A stretch of DNA of 62,409 nt, counting the filler, from Choristocarpus tenellus KU-1152 (Eukaryota > Protista > Phaeophyceae): NCBI GenBank assembly GCA_964200185.2. It is 10 parts of 10 records of this genome, joined end to end, with 100 filler letters (N's around TTAATTAATTAA, not from the genome) between each part and the next. Parts side by side here need not be neighbours in the genome. Positions count along the whole stretch, not along the records: positions 52,484 to 59,017 come from CAXNAD020007921.1; positions 59,118 to 62,409 come from CAXNAD020020988.1; 8 more parts are not named here. One strand, written 5' to 3'. Positions 58,793 through 62,409 of this stretch are shown in pieces. The position numbers were made by a program, and so were the translations under genes. Each line of letters starts with the position of its first letter. Positions within the stretch are counted from its first letter, which is position 1. Below the pieces are notes generated by a model. It saw only the letters and a list, made by a program, of their open reading frames with translations. It ran no database searches and was not told the origin of the DNA.

Positions 58793-60796
58793 CATCTGGA
58801 GTTTTATCATTTAGGTTTGAGATGGGATTCGGTGCCAACGCTTACAAAAAAAAGGGAGGGTAGACTGGGGTTTGGGAGTTTCAGCGTTGCAGTTCACAAG
58901 TAACGGGTGTAACTGTAGAAGGTGCAAAAGGATAGATTACAAGGTAGACCATTGTCTCCTCCAACAGTATGGTAGTCAAGATATCAGAACGAACGTGGTC
59001 ACAAGTAGACCTCCAAGNNNNNNNNNNNNNNNNNNNNNNNNNNNNNNNNNNNNNNNNNNNNTTAATTAATTAANNNNNNNNNNNNNNNNNNNNNNNNNNN
59101 NNNNNNNNNNNNNNNNNCCGTTTTCGCAAAAAAAACATCCTCATAGTCCCGCGCCTTCCTCAATTTTGAGATTCCCCTGTTCAGTAGAGAGCCTTCTTCC
59201 GTCAGCAGAGATGTATCAATTACAGACTGTATTGACAGGGTGTATATTTTGGAGTGCCCAATACTCTTCGATCCCTCAAATTATATACATATATTTATGA
59301 GGAGTGCCCAAAATGTGTACATCACAAAATAACTAATGCCTCAACAACAGCGCTTTTCAAATTTGATGTGGAGTGTACACATTTCTTACACTCAACAAAT
59401 TTATGCTTCGAAGTAGCGATTTAGACAATTGCCTTCCATATCGAGTATAGCAAAACACGGCCTACTAAAAAAAAAGGTGTTATGAATTATGTTCATTACA
59501 GATAGGCTAATATTGTACAAGAATCGAGGGAGGATGTGGAGTGACGAGAGGAGAAATGGTTGAACCCAATTCGCGAGAGAAAAAATCAAGGCAAGCATCG
59601 CATTTAGTCGTGGTTTGAGCACTGTTCAGAAACGTTTTTAGTAAGTAGGCGCAAAAATCTGTCCCCAGTCCTAATTTACGGGCTACTCCAAAGCCCTATT
59701 ACAGGGGGAAGTAGTATTCAAGATTCTGTACATACATCTTCTGGAATTCTTCAAGCTAGAAACAAACAAAAAGAGGTTGGAATCGTTGAGGGTAAGCAGA
59801 TCTAATGCAGTTAATTTGAGCTCCAAGCTCCACCTGGAACCCAAGATATGTTATGTTTTAGAGGCGAAATTCGGAGAAAAAAGTACTTCAGTCCCACAAA
59901 GTAGACTGGAGGCATTCAGACCGCTGTAAAATCTGCTACAGAATGTTTCATCTCATGAAATATATGTGGAATAAAAGCTAGCGTCCTAACGCATCGATCA
60001 AATAATAATAGTACCTTGACTTCACAATGCAGCGTGTAATAGGGTGCATTATCTACATAGGGGGAGCATTTATGTTAGGGGGTAATTTTGGTTGCTTTCG
60101 TAAATACTTCATTCATCCAGAATTAAATATAACATAACATTTACAAGCTCCTTTCTCACCCTGGAACAACCCACATGATAAACCCTTTGGATCAGGCTTA
60201 GTTCTCATATACATTGGGAGGCATGCAAAGTTTGAGATGGTCGACTATGGTGACTGTGAAGGATCACCAGTGCAAAGTCGATCAAGTCGCATTTGATGGG
60301 GTCCAAAAACCTCATGAAACTGTCAAAGCGGGCGTTATCTGTATGCCTAAGACGAAGTCCCCCCATCGTTCAAACGGCTTGCTCATCTCATCGTCGCCCA
60401 TCGGTCCCAACTCTCCAGCCCAGAAGTCTGTCCGGGGTCCAGACTCAAACACCTTGATGAAGAACAGCATGGTGCCACGATGCCTGGATGCAAGGCGCAA
60501 GACTCGGATACAGTGAGGGACAGCGTCAGCCATCGCGGAGTATTTTGGAATTTCCCAATTCACCAAGTTCTGTCATCTGAAGGAGTATGACAGCTCGAAT
60601 TGCACAGAGTGGATGCATAGACCTTGTACGACATTGCAAGGGGCGATGTGGTTGCCGTACAGGTATCCTCAACATTTGGGACATCCCATTCGTACACTAC
60701 ACATCCTTCCACAAATGGGCGATTGAAGCTGGAGTCTCCCTTGCCTCGTTTTGGGATTTGTGCAAGCACGAGAAGGTGAAGAAGGTCAAGCGGTGG

Positions 60797-61069
60797 GTGC
60801 CATAGTACCTTAGAGGGTGGAGGGATTTAGCCCAGGTTTTCCATTTTGGAATTGATGGGGTGTTGTAAAATACCCCAGTTTGATGTCTATTTTGTGAGTG
60901 ATTTTCCTTTGGATTTTGGTTCAGGTAGGAAGGTGGAAAAGGAAGGTGCGTTAAGATTAAGGAAATTCCCCTTACATTTGAAATTTTCATTCAGATGACA
61001 TGAAAATCACTACAGCCTTACGCCGGCCCTGAATGGACACTTGATCTCCCCTCTAGGATGCTATGGGTC
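60797..61069 (-). mobile_element. MITE family 3 inserted in the mariner transposase
   Basis: GTGCCATAGTACCTTAGAGGG...CCCTCTAGGATGCTATGGGTC, TSD TGG. Removing it restores KVKRWIKPVL. Confidence 0.88.
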
Positions 61070-61566
61070 TGGATTAAGCCAGTCCTCTAAACAGGGTGGG
61101 TTTCATCCTCAGCCACACACAAAGGACGGAGTGAAGTGGGGTATTAGTGGACAATCTACATAACTGGGTGAATGTGGATGAGAAGTGGTTTTACATCCTC
61201 AAATATAGGCAAGGTGTGTGCCTGCACCTCACCGAGGACTCCTACAACCCCCACAAGACAGAATACGCGTTATATTACGAAGGTGATGTTCCTGTGCAGT
61301 TGTGGCCCACCCTAGGTAACTCTCCAGCTGGGATGTGGTTCGATGGGAAGATCGGGATGTGGACAATTGTTGATAATAAGATCACTCCGCACTCCAGCAA
61401 AACCACCCCAAGAGCACCAAGTGGATTGTGCCAGGGACATTGAACAGGAAGAGGTATAAGAAAATCATGATCAAGGATGTCATCGCGGTAATCAAGGCCT
61501 GCATGCATAGGCTGGAAGGACACACCATCTTTGTGTTGCAGGACGCAGCAAAGTCACAGACCAAGG

Positions 61567-61826
61567 GAGCCAGAGTATCTCAGAGGGTACAGTCGCGTCC
61601 ATTTGGGGACCAAAATCCGATGGTACAATTTTGATGTAATCTTGGCTATCGTCTTTTCTAGGAGATGTCAATATCCTTGTCTGGACACTCCTTTTCATAA
61701 CGTATACATTTTACCTACTCCGAAACAGTTTGGAGTAGGTAAAAAATGTCAATAAATACCCATGGGAAGTCAAGCCCCACATGGACAAACAGGACAAAAT
61801 TCGTACCCTTTAAGATAGCTTCACTC
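61567..61826 (-). mobile_element. MITE family 1 inserted in the mariner transposase
   Basis: GAGCCAGAGTATCTCAGAGGGTA...TACCCTTTAAGATAGCTTCACTC, flanked by AAG(G)/AAG. Confidence 0.88.
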
Positions 61827-62409
61827 AAGGGGGGGACCATGGAGGCAATCAAGGAGGCAGCGGGGGACGACATTGTCATAGAGACCCAGTCAGCCAACTC
61901 ACCTTAAACCGAGGATTCTTTTGTTCCATCCAGCAACTGAAGGAATACGTAGGGTCTACCAACAGACGGTGGAAGCCACCATCGAGGTGTTCGATGTGTA
62001 CCCCTTGGAGACACTAGAGCATGTCTGGCAGAGTCTCTTTCAGAACCAAATGTGGACTACTGGGGTTCAAGGGTGATGATGTCTTCAAAATTCCCTTATC
62101 TTAATGAGGAAAGGCTGAGAAGGCGGGGAAGCCCCACCCGAATGGTCCAATGGATGCGGTGAAATATCGTGCTGGAACGAAGTGTTGGAGGTCTTCGGGG
62201 GGGGAATGATAGATGGGTGTAGGCTGCCCCATTTTACTTGGGATTTTGGTGGGCAACTTTTAGTGTCTGCACAATACATGTAATAAAAACTCGCTCTTTT
62301 TTCGGAGCTGCAAATTTCTTTTAACACTTATCTCCAGAGTGTGAGAGCCATCTTCCACAAAAGGTATACCCTGAAGGTGACCTATCTTGAACACTATGAT
62401 ATTCATATG

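Larger units (their letters stand above)
60470..62110 (+). pseudogene. Tc1/mariner transposase of the plant/oomycete (DD39D-like) type, disrupted by two MITEs, stops and frameshifts
   Basis: GTASAIAEYFGIS (HTH), KGRCGCR, KRW|IKPVL, WVNVDEKWFY, YITKVMFL, WFDGKIGMW, YKKIMIKDVIAVIK, IFVLQDAAK, ETQSANSP, LEHVWQSL. Confidence 0.88.

Overview
This is eukaryotic, intron-rich and transposon-rich DNA, most likely from a brown alga (Phaeophyceae). That assignment is an inference from the TTAGGG repeats, phaeovirus-type ankyrin repeats, one-repeat-per-exon Pmp/POMP-like gene and Ectocarpus-like RTE/Copia relics. The window is not contiguous: ten short contigs are joined by artificial 100-bp linkers (N44-TTAATTAATTAA-N44), and there is one ~980-bp scaffold gap. 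Host genes seen: a complete 4-exon ZIP metal transporter, an intronless 27-aa ankyrin-repeat gene, a multi-exon RFx[VI]/coiled-coil/Gly-Gln-His-rich gene, part of a TTC23-like TPR gene with an apparent GA-AG intron, part of an unknown multi-exon gene, and a cassette of five 84-nt phase-1 exons each encoding one GGA[IV]..FxxN repeat. That cassette lies on a contig whose two ends are identical over 127 bp, indicating a collapsed tandem array or a circle. The rest is mostly mobile DNA: Gypsy (integrase with chromo-like plus Tudor-like tail, tail-to-tail copies, solo and 62-bp mini LTRs), Copia, RTE LINE, mariner, MULE and hAT-like relics, and three related MITE families with 3-bp TSDs. All calls were made by eye, without database searches.
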